Source: Octopus vulgaris (lineage: Eukaryota). Taken from it: a stretch of 64,000 nt of DNA. Position 1 is the stretch's first letter; each line of letters starts with the position of its first letter. The stretch covers positions 35,774,001-35,838,000 of the forward strand of contig OX597828.1 of assembly GCA_951406725.2 (NCBI GenBank), given 5' to 3'. The position numbers were made by a program, and so were the translations under genes. Shown here piece after piece: positions 12,659-25,473 of the stretch. Under the pieces are notes generated by a model that ran no database searches, had not been told where the DNA came from, and worked only from the letters and a program-made list of their open reading frames with translations.

Positions 12659-13353
12659 AACTTTTATTTAATATTTTTTTCTTTTTTGATTAATTTGTCT
12701 TTTGATATCTTTATTTTTTCCTACAAGGTGACTTTCTAGAAACACACACAGGCATGGCTGCATGGTTAAAAGCTTCTTTTCCAACAATGTAGACTTGAGT
12801 TCAATCCCACCGTGGGGTACTTTCGTCAAACATCTTCTACTATATACATGATGTATATATGTGTGCATGATGATGATGATGATGATGATGATGATGGTGT
12901 GTGTGTGTATGCACACATGCATGTCTTTGTCTTGACACGACATGATGTATGTATGTATGAATATGTATGCATGTGTATGTGTGTGTGTGTCTGTTTGTGT
13001 GTGTGTGTGTGTATGTGTGTGTGTGTGTGTGTGCATATGCATGCATTTGTGCCGTGTCCTTGTCATGATATCACATGATGTACATATGTACGAATGTGTG
13101 TGGAAAACATGTCTGGTCATGGGAAGTATTACTTTGCTTTGGAAACAGGTGAGGGTTGATGACAGGAAAGACATACAGCCATAGAAAAAAATGTACCTCA
13201 ACAAATTTCTTGTAACCTATGCAAGCATGGTATGGAGAAAAAAAAGAGACAGACGTCTGCAACGAGTGTTGAAATCAGCACTAACGAACTAAGAGAAAAA
13301 CCACTTGGCAGTTTCCCAGTGCTGCCACTACTTAAACAGAATGATGACGTTGC

Positions 13354-13399
<46 letters not shown>

Positions 13400-14000
13400 G
13401 GTGTGGAAATGAAGTAATTGGAGTAATGAAGTGAAAGAAGGTAATTTGCGTAATATGGCTACGTCTAATGAGCTTATATACTATTCACGTGTGAGAAAAA
13501 GATTTAAACACTCTGTACCACAAATCACCAAATTATTCAACATTTCCCAATAAACAATTCTGCCACCACCAGCACTGCCACCAACACCACCACCACCACC
13601 ACCACCACTGTCATCATCATCATCATCATCTTCATTATCATCTTTGGCTTGAATTTCTTACCTTCCCTCTCTCTCTCACTCTCTCATTCTCTCTCTTCCT
13701 CTCTCACTCTCTCATTCTCTCTCTTCCTCTCTCACTCTCTTTTTCTTTTTACCTGTTCAGCTATATCTGCCAATTAAGTCTTATAGAGAGGTTTTATTTC
13801 TATACCTAGGTGGATGTATGGTAAGAGACTTGCTTCCCAGCCATAGGATCTCAGGTTCGGACCCACCACATGGCGTCCTTAGCAAGTATCTTCTGCTATA
13901 GAACTGGGCCTACCGAACCCTTGTCAATAGATTTGATAGCCAGAAAGGGAAAGAAGCCCATTGTATGTATATATATATATATATATATATTCCGATGGCT

Positions 14001-14061
14001 GGATAACTGAAGAGATGGTGGTGTGTTTTCCATCCCGACATCTGAACCTCAGAGTTTTATC
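14001..14061 (+). ncRNA. Degenerate minimal hammerhead ribozyme motif (same family as 45231)
   Basis: ggataa-CTGAAGA-...-GAAcC-tcaga-GTT-ttatc; GAAA mutated to GAAC; lies between (TA)n tracts. Confidence 0.55.
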
Positions 14062-14096
14062 ATGGCTACCAAATAATTGTCACATATTACATTTGC

Positions 14097-14181
<85 letters not shown>

Positions 14182-14183
<2 letters not shown>

Positions 14184-14493
14184 GAGGCGCAATGGCCCAG
14201 TGGTTAGGGCAGCGGACTTGCGGTCGTAGGATCATGGTTTCGATTCCCAGACCGGGCATTGTGAGTGTTTATTGAGCGAAAACACCTAAAGCTCCACGAG
14301 GCTCTGGCAGTGGGGTGGTGGCGATCCCTGCTGTACTCTTTCGCCACAACTTTCTCTCACTCTTTCTTCTGTAGGCCTGCTCGCTTAGCCAGCGGGGCGG
14401 CGTCATTTGAAGGCCAAAACAATACTAAGCGCATTGTGACCAGCGATGTGTAGCAACATCTGATAGCCTGGTCAGTCACGGTGATCACGGTGA
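14182..14493 (+). mobile_element. tRNA-derived SINE (head B) with tail type 2
   Basis: ggaggcgcaatggcccagtggttagggcagcggac...gtttcgattccc head; the tail ggcctgctcgcttagccagcgggg...tgtgaccagcgatgtg also occurs alone at 42321-42420. Confidence 0.85.
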
Positions 14494-15038
14494 TATATAT
14501 ATGCATGTGTGTCTTTGGATTTGGATTTGTCTCCCCTCCCCACTTGATCAGCAAAAAGAAACTGGATGAATGAGCACCAGACTTTTTAAAAAATAAGTAC
14601 TGGGGGGTCAATCAATCAATTAAAGCCTTTAAGGTAGTGCCCCAGCATGGCCACAGTTTAATGATTGAAACAAGTAAAAGAATAATGTTGAAATGTGAAG
14701 ACATTGCAAGAATGTGCATTGCTTAATCTCAAAAACAAAATCTCTGATAACTGGTTGTTGTTGTTGTTGTTGGTTAGCTGTATCTCAGTTAACCCTGGCA
14801 GAGCAAGCCTATAATCAAGAACTTTCCAGCCATGACAGTCCATAATTTTTTTCAATTTATCTCTTTCTGTTCAAATCTTGTACTTTCTTTTTCAAGATGG
14901 CAGGGTGTGGTTGAAGAGAGATTTGACTGCTATTTCTAACAAATAGCATAACCACATAAAGCAGACATGGACAATCTTTTTCAAGAAGTGGGCCTCATCA
15001 TCAGTTGGGCTACATTACTAAAAGAATTCAAGGTACAC

Positions 15039-15101
<63 letters not shown>

Positions 15102-15778
15102 CATGGTAGCCTTTCTGTTTCCATCTACAAATCCACTCACAAGATTTTAGTAGAAGACACTTGCCCAAGGTGCCATGCAGTGGGACTGAACCCAGAACCA
15201 TATGGCTGGGAAGTGAACTTTTTACCACACACCCACACCTTTGCCTCTTCTTTTTTCTTTTGTTGTTTATAGTAGAGAATCCAGACAAAGTGTCCCTAAC
15301 CAGCATGAAATGGAGACTTTAGTAGAATGGTATTCACAGGAGATATTGTCAGACCTGTACCACATAAAGAACTGGCCATTAGCGGTACCAGCCAAGTCAT
15401 GTGCTTAAGGTGTTTGTTTTGCAGTCACATGATGCATAGGTGTATGGTGGTGGTGGTGGTGGGGGTGGGGGATCTGATAAATATTCACTACAGGTAAATT
15501 ACATCATGGAAATTATATCACCTGTAATTTCATTACCTGGTAATTTCTTGCCAAGGTAACTAATCAGAAGCCAATACACTGTCAGTAAATTCTTCATCAT
15601 GCCAAACATGCCACTGATAAGGTCACCATTATGCTTTTTATCTACAGGGAAAATACACTGCATAAGTTCCTGAGGTAAGCTTCTTACCATATAGCCATGC
15701 CTGCACTGCATGCATGTACGCATGCACGCATGCACACATACATACATGCATGCATACATACATACATACATACATATA

Positions 15779-15811
<33 letters not shown>

Positions 15812-16277
15812 GCATACTTACATACATAAACCATCGTCGTTTAACGTCCGCATTCCATTCTAGCATGGGTTGGACGATTTGACTGAGGACTGGTGAACCA
15901 GATGGCTGCACCAGGCTCCAATCTTGATTTGGCAGAGTTTCTACAGCTGGATGCCCTTCCTAACGCCAACCACTCTGAGAGTGTAGTGGGTGCTTTTACG
16001 TACCACTGGCACGAGGGCCAATCAGGCGGTACTGGCAGCAGTTATGGAAAATTGTGTTTTTTTTTACGTGTCACTGCACACCAGCACAAGTGCCAGTAAG
16101 GCGACACTGGTAACGATGTATACATACATACATACATATACATATACATATATATATATATAAATATATATAATGAAAACATAAAATGGAGATATATTGA
16201 TGAACAACGATTGACTTACATCAATTATTATTTATTAATTCAATGCAAATAGACTGCATCCCACCTAACAGCTATTT

Positions 16278-16585
16278 CTGTTTGGAATCGAACCCAGAAT
16301 CTTGGGGTTAAGAACGTGGGCTATTAACCCCAAGATTCCGAGTTCGATTCCAGACAGTGACCTTAATAATAATAATAATAATAATAATAATAGTAGTAAT
16401 CGAAAAATACCTTAGGAATGAAAACCCAGGTTTGAAATTTCTCCAAAACACCTGATGAAGGCTGGAGAGTATATCAGCCAAAACATTGTGTTAACAACAA
16501 ACAAGATGAGGACAAATATCCGTCAAATGTAAATAATGTAAATAATGTACATAATGTACATAATTCCTCATCTCTTAAATATAGA
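16278..16585 (+). mobile_element. Short element: inverted Pol III-like head, (AAT)n, hammerhead-bearing segment
   Basis: Palindrome 16278-16357 containing B-box gagttcgattcc; hammerhead fold at 16447-16492 (aacac-CTGATGA-a-ggctg/cagcc-aAAAC-aTT-gtgtt). Confidence 0.6.
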
Positions 16586-17380
16586 ATTGAAAAAGTCTTT
16601 TACATTTCGAGTCAACGCTCTTCAACAGAAAGGAATAAAAGAAAATAAACAGAAAGAGAATGAAAAAAAACTTGTAGATTTCAGCAGTCCAGCATGGCGA
16701 ATACATAGTGAGAGAAAGAGAAGCTTCTACACAAATTCCATCCACTAAATTTAACACAAAAGGCATAAAGTAATCCGAGGTTATGGTAGAAGATACTTGC
16801 TTAAGGTGCCATGCAGTGGAAGGAAAGCCAAAACCATGTGGCAGCACAGTCCAAATACTAGCTCACAACCACATGTGCTAGTATTTGGACTAAGTCTCTA
16901 CTTTAACTATTAGCCATGAACTGTTATTTCTTCTTTTTTTTTTTTTCCTCTCTCTTCTTCCGCTAATTTTCGACACCCTGCAAAAGATTGTGACCACCAC
17001 TCCTCATTTTATGATGAAGCCATAGCATTTTTTTAAAACTGCTAAAGGAAGGAAGGAAGGAAGGAAAGAGATTGGTCTATTGTACTTTGAATTAGAAATC
17101 CAGGTCAGAGATCTGCAATGATGTAAGACGGTACAGCAGCATTTGAGATGCATGAGGAAGCTGAATGTTAAACTGAGTGCCACAGATAATCCAAGATTAA
17201 AAGTTTTGTAAACTGTTTTCTATTTTTTTTTTTATATTTTGATAGTCAGATTAGGATTTGTTTGTTTAAAGATTAACTACACACACACTCTCACACATAA
17301 ACTCATACATACATGCATACATACATACATATGTATATGTATACATGTATGTATGTGTGTATGTATGTATGTATGTATGT

Positions 17381-17417
<37 letters not shown>

Positions 17418-17539
17418 ATCATATCATCATCATCATCATCGTGTTCCATGCTAGCATGGGTGGGACGGTACCAGGAAGGAAAGGATGTTTTTATAAACAG
17501 TTGTGGTTGATTAAAGAGGTGGTAGTAGTACCAATAACT

Positions 17540-18325
17540 GAAGACTGTGAGACTTTCTGAAGAGTATGCCTAACACAAAACTTCCTTGAATTTTGCAGTA
17601 GCATGGCCCACCTGACAATGAGGCACATTTTGTGCAGTGTACTTCTTGAAAATGTTTGTTTATGCATGCTCTGGGCCCTGCAGACTAGTATGGATAACTT
17701 CCAGGAATTCTTAGCCTGACAGTGCCACCAAGGAACACAATCAGTTTCTCTACAGGCATGCTAGGGCCATCAAACAGACAGGAGATGGCTGAGATACACT
17801 CAGAGCAATGAAACTTTTATATCCTTAGACAAACGTTGGATATATATAAAATTTGATGATGCAGGAGTAAAATCAATGTGTTCACTCAACAAACTTCACG
17901 AGACTCCAAAACGCCCTCTCAACAACTCCTACTGACCCCTTGTTACTAATCTTTATAAGAGTTCGGCTAATCCATTCTTCCAATCCCCAGGGGTGTCAAT
18001 GACTCTCGCCACAACAGAAACCATTCTAAATGTAATGAATTTTCAGTGTTTGGCTATTACTGATTGGTGGGGTTATGTCAAGCACCTGTTCTTACACATG
18101 GGACAGATCTACATATGGTCCAAATTCATCATCTTCATCACCACACCACCCTCTTTTTAATTGATTCAGTATTTATTCTCTGTCTGACGATTATGGTGAA
18201 AGAGTTAGTATAGTGAATAAAACTAAAAGTACCGTAGGTGGACAGTTTCCTCTTTGGACAAGCTTCAGTGAACTTCTCAAGTTCCACTTGGAGAAGGAAG
18301 ATGAGGGTGGAGGGACAAGAGCTAA
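17540..18325 (+). mobile_element. Highly degenerate Tx1/L1-like ORF2 fragments
   Basis: ~17689 translates MDNFQEFLA*QCHQG...LYRH; 18240-18320 aligns by eye with 24460-24540 of the better-preserved copy. Confidence 0.45.
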
Positions 18326-19174
18326 TTTCCAGTGACCACAACAAAATGTATGTGACAGCAATGAAAATATTAGGAGTGGACAGAACTACTCTACACATGC
18401 ATCTGTAGATAGGGGAACAATAATTGATAGAGGACACTTGCTCTTGGGAGTGGGGTCAGTCAGCTTGGGTCTGTTGGGGTTCACGGTTAGGACTTGGTTG
18501 GAGGTCCTCCTCTAATAGAAGAACTCATCATCCATGTATTTGTACTCTTTGGGTACTTTTTATCTCATTCTTGTTTTTTTCTCTCATCTGATTAATGCCA
18601 TCATCATCATCATCATCACCACCAACATCACTACCATCATCGCCATTATCATCATCAATACCACTACCACCACCACCACCATAACCACTATCATTACTGT
18701 CATCACAATCACTACCATCCTCATCATCATCATCATCATGAACATCAGCATCACCACAACCACCACCAACATCATCATCATCGTCATTGATATTTGTAAT
18801 GGATGTACACCCAGCCTAAAGTGTTTGGATGCTGCCCTCAACTTCAGTTATGCTTCTCAACATTCTGAGTTCAAATCATGTTGCATTTAATGTACAATTC
18901 CAAGTATTTTTGACCAATAAAGTAAGCACCATTACTATAACAGGGGTTGGGGTGGGGATGATTCCATCAACTCCCTGCCCTTCTCTAAAAAGGCCTGTGG
19001 TTTCATCTTTAGGTGAGAATTTCTTTCACTTCAGCTCTGGATTTTTTTGTAGAATGCAATTAAAATCTCATTAGTAAAAAGAAAAAAAAAGAAAAAAGAG
19101 AAGAGTTTTCTTCTGACAAAATATGACAAGAGTCATTACATACGGAACATAACAATATCAAACAATACATCTGA

Positions 19175-19428
19175 AACCCCCTTCAGTCATGATTGGGATT
19201 GCACCTAGAAAGTTACCCTCCCAGGCACAAGTCTGGGCAAGGTTGTTTATGGAAGACCACCAGTTTCCCATGCATACCGGCCTTCTCTCTCCACGCCACC
19301 AGTGTTATCTAAGGGAAAGGTAAAGGCTGATACAGCTTGGCACCTGTGACGTCGCAACTCATTTCTACAGCTGAGTGAACTGGAGCAATGTGAAATAAAG
19401 TGTCTTGCTCAAGAACACAACACGCAGC
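19175..19428 (-). mobile_element. SINE family D CORE-like region with a distinct tail (type 4)
   Basis: Reverse strand gtgttgtgttcttgagcaagacactttatttcacattgctccagttcactcagctg as in 31544-31790, followed by an unrelated 3' part. Confidence 0.7.
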
Positions 19429-19981
19429 ACCACCTTTAGTCAAGCAAATCGACCCTAGGACTTATTCTTTGTAAGACTAGTACTTATTCTATCAGTCTCT
19501 ATTTCTGAACCGCTAAGTTACAGGGACGTAAACACACCAGCATTGGTTGTCAAGCAATGTTGAGGGGACAAACAGAGACACAAACACACACACACACATA
19601 TGACAGGCTTCTTTCAGTTTCCGTCTACCAAATCCACTCATAAGGCTTTGGTCAGCCCAAAGCTATAGCAGAAGACACTTGCCCAAGGTTGCACATACAC
19701 ACACACACACACACATATGATGGGCTTCTTTCAGTTTCCATCAACCAAATCCACTCATAAGGCTTTGGTCAGCCCAAGGCTATAGCAGAAGACACTTGCC
19801 CAAGGTTGCACACACACATATGATGGGCTTCTTTCAGTTTCCATCAACCAAATCCACTCATAAGGCTTTGGTCAGCCCAAGGCTATAGCAGAAGACACTT
19901 GACCAAGGTTCCACACAGTGGGACTGAACTTGGAACCATGTGATTGGTAAGCAAGCTACTTACCACACAGCCACTCCTGCG
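19428..19981 (-). mobile_element. SINE family A with internal triplication of the CORE-containing segment
   Basis: ggcttctttcagtttcc...gaagacacttgcccaaggtt occurs three times (~19600, ~19720, ~19820), separated by (CA)n. Confidence 0.9.
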
Positions 19982-20109
19982 TCTATAATATATATATAAA
20001 TTATGAGTGCATTACATCTTACAGCAGAGACAGCTGTAAACTAAGGAAGTTTATTACATTAAATTTTTGTTTCTTTGTCATTCATATGTTCTCACTCGTA
20101 TATATAAAC

Positions 20110-20163
<54 letters not shown>

Positions 20164-20500
20164 GAATGTGGTCAATGTCAGGGCCACCAGACTGAGTCCG
20201 ATGCCAAGTACCATCCAAATGTAGCCAATGCCAGTACCTCTTGACTGGCTTCCATGCCGGTGGCACATAAAAAGCACTATCTGAATGTGATTGGTGCCAG
20301 GCCCGCCTGACTGGCTCCTGTGCCAGTGGCACGTAAAAAGCACCCACTACACTCTCGGAGTGGTTGCCGTTAGGAAGGGCATCCAGCTGTAGAAACTTTG
20401 CCAGATCAGATTGGAGCCAGGTGCAGCCGCTGGCTCGCCAGACCTCAGTAAAACGGTCCTACCCATGCCAGCATGGAGAATGGACGTTAAATGATGATGA

Positions 20501-20597
<97 letters not shown>

Positions 20598-21057
20598 GAG
20601 AAATATAGCATTTAACTAGATACAATGTCTCTACAGTGCATACAAGTGAATGTCAAGGACATACACAATCCCGCTAAACTGACCTGCATGGTGAAATAAA
20701 CCTAAAAACAGGACCTGACTCCACCAATGACGTAATTCTCTTTTATGATGCTTTTCGCATACATACACACACACACACATACACACACACATTCATACAT
20801 ACAGGCACTCACACACTTACATACACATATTGATTTAACATATCAATAATTGTTTACCTAGAGTCAAGCATTGATTATTGATCTTTACATTTTAGCATCT
20901 GTGAAATGTGAAATACAAGATTCCATGCAAAAACACATACTAAACAAATTTTAAAAATACATAAATACATGAATACATACATGCATATATGCATATATAC
21001 ATATAAATGTATGTACACATATGTACATAGATATATGCATTCTTATATATATATATA

Positions 21058-21093
<36 letters not shown>

Positions 21094-21095
21094 AA

Positions 21096-21141
<46 letters not shown>

Positions 21142-21142
<1 letters not shown>

Positions 21143-21435
21143 GGAGATGCACTTGCATAGCAAGTGACCTGATCTGAGAATATGTGCTGAAACAAAAACA
21201 ATTGCAGTGTGGAAGGTGTTTATAAGCCATTTAAATACAGACAAAAACCATTAGATTCACTTCAACATTTAAATTTAATATGCCAAAATATTTTCGTCAC
21301 TTTGAGACTGTGACCTGATCACTGACATAGTGACAAAAATATTTTGGCAAATTAAATTGAAATGCTGAAGTCAATCTAACAGTTTCTGTGTGTTTTTAAA
21401 TGGCTTATAAACACCTTCCATGCGGCAACTGTAGC
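21142..21435. mobile_element. Palindromic Penelope-like pLTR fragment with a G3/C8-variant hammerhead (21281-21327, minus strand)
   Basis: Arms ~21210-21300 and ~21330-21420; minus strand tgtca-GTGATCA-g-gtcac/gtgac-GAA-AATATT-T-tggca. Confidence 0.65.
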
Positions 21436-21445
21436 TGTTTGTGTT

Positions 21446-21487
<42 letters not shown>

Positions 21488-21632
21488 CATAGTAGTTAGC
21501 CAGTGAAGCATGCCTACTGCCTATGGCTATCTGATGTCGCTTCTGCACCAAGGGATGTACCACAACTAGTTGTACAGTATCCCACCAGCTAGGATTGATG
21601 CAGGATGGGTTGAAACAATCGTTGTGAGCAAT

Positions 21633-22119
21633 ATAGTTTCTCATATATTTAATTTTCTATCATTTATTATATATGAATATATATATATTTACGGAGATGT
21701 ACTTGCATAGCGAGTGACTTGATCTGAGATCGTGTGCTGGAACGAAAACAATTGCAGCGAGGAAGGTGTTTATAAGCCATTTAAGAAACACACAAAACCG
21801 TTAGATTCACTTCAACATTTAAATTTGATTTGTCAAAATATTTTCGTCGCTTTGAGACGGCGACTTGTTCATTGACAAAGCTTCGTGCAACACGAAGCTT
21901 TGTCAGCATGAAGCTTTGACAAATTAAATTTAAATGTTGAAGTGAATCTAACGGTTTTGTGTGTTTCTTAAATGGCTTATAAACACCTTCCACGATACAA
22001 TTGTTTTCGTTCCAGCACACGATCTCAGATCAAGTCACTCGCTATGCAAGTACATCTCCGTAAATATATATATATTCATATATAATAAATGATAGAAAAT
22101 TAAATATATGAGAAACTAT
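21633..22119. repeat. Long near-perfect inverted repeat (~205-bp arms), same family as 21142-21435
   Basis: 21633-21837 is the reverse complement of ~21916-22119; the spacer holds the hammerhead-like core and a 15-bp hairpin at 21873-21905. Confidence 0.95.
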
Positions 22120-22142
22120 TCTTAAACACTTTCCATGATGCA

Positions 22143-22180
<38 letters not shown>

Positions 22181-22567
22181 TTGTTAAAAAGGACAACAAA
22201 CATTAAGGTAAGGCAAACATCCCAAGTCGTATACAATATTATTATTGGACATCCCAGAAACAGCTGTAAGGCTTTGAAATGTTTTCCAATAATAATATTG
22301 TATATGGCTTGAGATGTTTGCGTTGCATTAATGTTTGTTGTCCTCTTTAACAATTATATATCTGCTGCATCAGAAATCTGCAATGGCTCCATAACTATTG
22401 TCTCGGCTATAACCTTGGGGCCCTAATAATCTGTTACAACACTTACCTAGCGTACCTAATCATTTAGATCACCTTTGAACTTTGTATGTGTGTGTGTGTG
22501 CGGGTTTTACCATTCCATTTCTTTTAACATTAGCAACAATTGTAGTTTAACAATGATGCTTTGTTGG

Positions 22568-22785
22568 AAGGTGGCAAGCTGACAGAAATGTTAGCACGCT
22601 AGGCAAAATGCTTAGCAGTGTTTCATCTGTCTTCAGGTTCTGAGTTCAAATTCCACCGAGGTCGACTTTGACTTTCATCCTTTCGGGTTCAATAAATTCA
22701 GTACCAGTTGCACACTGGGGTTGATCTAATTGACTCAACCCCTATCCAAACATTTCAGGCCTTGTGCCTTAAGTAAAAAAGAATA
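22568..22785 (+). mobile_element. SINE family C (tail 2)
   Basis: Head and central domain as 11093; tail caggccttgtgccttaagtaaaaaagaat. Confidence 0.85.
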
Positions 22786-23056
22786 ATACTTTGTTGGGTG
22801 CATAAAATCGTAACTCCATGCATATATGATATTTTCAGTCAGAAATATTTTTGCAAAACTGTCATATTTGGGACTTACTACAGTTTTGAAAATGCTAAAC
22901 CATTGTACTGCACTTAGACTATTTTCAATAGCTTGGCATCTGAAGCAGCTGGAGATATGATTGTCTGACCAAACAAACCGGCTATTCCAAGCAAAAATAA
23001 ATATTGGAAAAAATAAATGCATTTGGCCAAATTTGGACATACAACAGTTTAACATA

Positions 23057-23258
23057 ATCCTTTCTACTATAGGCACAAGGCCTGAAATTCTGGGGGAAAG
23101 GACCAGTTGATTACATCAACTCCAGTGGTACTTAGTTTATTGACCCCGAAAGGATGAAAGCAAAGTCAACTTGGCAGAATTTGAACTCAGAACATGCAGA
23201 CAAAGTACCATAAAGCATTTCACCCGGCATGCTAACGATTCTGCCAGCTCACCACCTA
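23057..23258 (-). mobile_element. SINE family C (tail 2), inverted relative to 22568
   Basis: Reverse-complement match. Confidence 0.85.
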
Positions 23259-23298
23259 CAACAGTTTAACATAATAACAACAATACATACGTCCATAT

Positions 23299-23683
23299 GG
23301 ATGGAAGCACTCCGTCGGTTACAACGACGAGGGTTCCGGTTGATCCGATCAACGGAACAGCCTGCTCGTGAAATTAACATGTAAGTGGCTGAGCACTCCA
23401 CAGACACGTGTACCCTTAACGTAGTTCTCGGGGATATTTAGCGTGACTCAAGAGAGTGACAAGGCCGGCCCTTTGAAATACAGGTACAACAGAAACAGGA
23501 AGTAAGAGTGAGAGAAAGTTGTGGTGAAAGAGTACAGCAGGGATCACCACCATCCCTGCCGGAGCATCGTGGAGCTTTAGATGTTTTCGCTCAATAAACA
23601 CTCACAACGCCCGATCTGGGAATCGAAACCGCGATTCTACGACCGCGAGTCCGCTGCCCTAACCACTGGGCCATTGCGCATCC
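23299..23683 (-). mobile_element. tRNA-derived SINE (head B) with tail type 3
   Basis: Head as at 14182; the tail tacctgtatttcaaagggccggccttgtcac...gatcaaccggaaccc also occurs at ~37642-37797 and on the family D copy at 24948-25120. Confidence 0.85.
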
Positions 23684-23874
23684 ACACGTACATATATCTG
23701 AATACACACACACACACACACACACAAATATGTACAAGCACACACATATGTACACATATCTAATTACACACACACACACATACATATATATATTCTACCT
23801 GGCTGGCTCCTGCCAGCATGGAAGACAGACGTTAAATGACGATGATGATGATGATGATGATATACCTATATCAA

Positions 23875-23914
<40 letters not shown>

Positions 23915-23918
23915 TCTT

Positions 23919-23976
<58 letters not shown>

Positions 23977-24225
23977 CCAAATATATGTTTTATTTATTAT
24001 TTTGCGCATTACTAAATCATCATTATATGTTTTATCTTATATTTAATCTTTCTATAATATGCAATTTTCTAGATGGTATAATTTAATTTTTCATTTTGAA
24101 TTGATAAAACGTGGTTTTTTTCTAATTTATAAATATTATATTTTGCGAAATTTGATTTAGTATTTCTAAATTAAATTTTTCCCTGTAAGTTTGGAATAAT
24201 ATTCCCTCATATCATTATTATTATT

Positions 24226-24890
24226 CAGGACGACAAAACCGTTCTGCACGCACTCGTCCAGTGTCCGAGTATTGCTGAACTATGGGTTTATGTTGAACAG
24301 CTACTGTCACGTATAGGACGGATCCGGCTATCAGCTGAATCCATAGTGAAGATTGCCCCACCGACCTCCTTTAACCGGGCGGGCAAGGCAGTTTTCCTTT
24401 GCCTAGTGGCTGTAGCGAAAGAGGTGGTATGGTGGACCCGTTTGAAAGGGCTAAGGTCAGACACTTTCCTCTTTGGCCCAGACCTCATCAACTTTTTCAA
24501 GTTTCACTTGTAAAGGAAGATGAGAGTAGAGAGGGACGTGCTGTCCGATAGCAAGTTTACTGAAATGTGGATAAATGTCGCAAGAATAGCCAGTATGAAA
24601 GGAGCCATTCTGAGGATACACCTGTAATTAAAAAGGTAATATAAAAGGAGAAAGGGGATCTCTACCCCACTTTTGACCAGGCTCCCGTGGCTTTTATGGG
24701 TTTTTCCACCAGGAACCTTTCGAAGCACCTCCCCCTATTGGGAGTTTTTCATTGTTATAATTTTTCGTTGTTACACTGTTTTTTACACGGATTTTTCACA
24801 AACGGACAAAACCCTTTGTAACCTCTCGTCCTGTTTTGTCCCTTTATGTTATAATTAATTTTTGTCAGCCCTTGTGGCCAATAAAAGAAT
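24226..24890 (+). mobile_element. 5'-truncated Tx1/L1-clade LINE: ORF2 C-terminus plus 3' UTR
   Basis: Frame from 24226 reads QDDKTVLHALVQCPSIAELWVYVEQLL...AKEVVWWTR...FKFHL*RKMRVER...RIHL* (zinc-knuckle tail ETxxHxxxxC); AATAAA near 24880; (ATT)n on both flanks. Confidence 0.75.
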
Positions 24891-25437
24891 TAATTATTAT
24901 TATTATTATTATTATTATCATGATTATATATATATAAATAGCAAATGAAAGACAAGGCTGGCCCTTTTGAATTACAGGTATATCTCATTTTTGCCAGCTG
25001 AATGGACTGGAGTAACATAAAACGACGTGTCTTGCTCAAGGACACAATGTGCTGCTAGGAATCGAACTCATGACCTCACAGTTGTTAGCCAAATACCTTA
25101 ATGACTGAGCCATATGCCTTCATCTCCAGGACAGATCTAACATGTCATATGCAGGTCTTAGATCTCCTGTGTGCTCTAGGACTCAAAAGGCCACAGCTCA
25201 ACCTGATTTTCAGAGTATATAAGAGACTGAGATGACAACATTGCTCCTGAACAGGCTTCCAGTCTCTTGTGGAGTTAACTTCCCAGCTATTGCAGCAACT
25301 CACTTTTACACCTGAGCTAAGTGGACTGGAGCAACATGAAATGAAGTGTTTTGCTCAAGAACACAATTCCCTACCCGGTCCAGGAATTGAAATCACAATC
25401 CAACAATTGTGAGTGCAACACTCTAACCAGTAGGATA

Positions 25438-25473
<36 letters not shown>

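Noticed and set aside
14183-14258. tRNA-like sequences (also 23610-23683 and 31715-31790)
   Set aside because: Acceptor and T stems are imperfect and run directly into SINE bodies, so these are SINE heads rather than tRNA genes.
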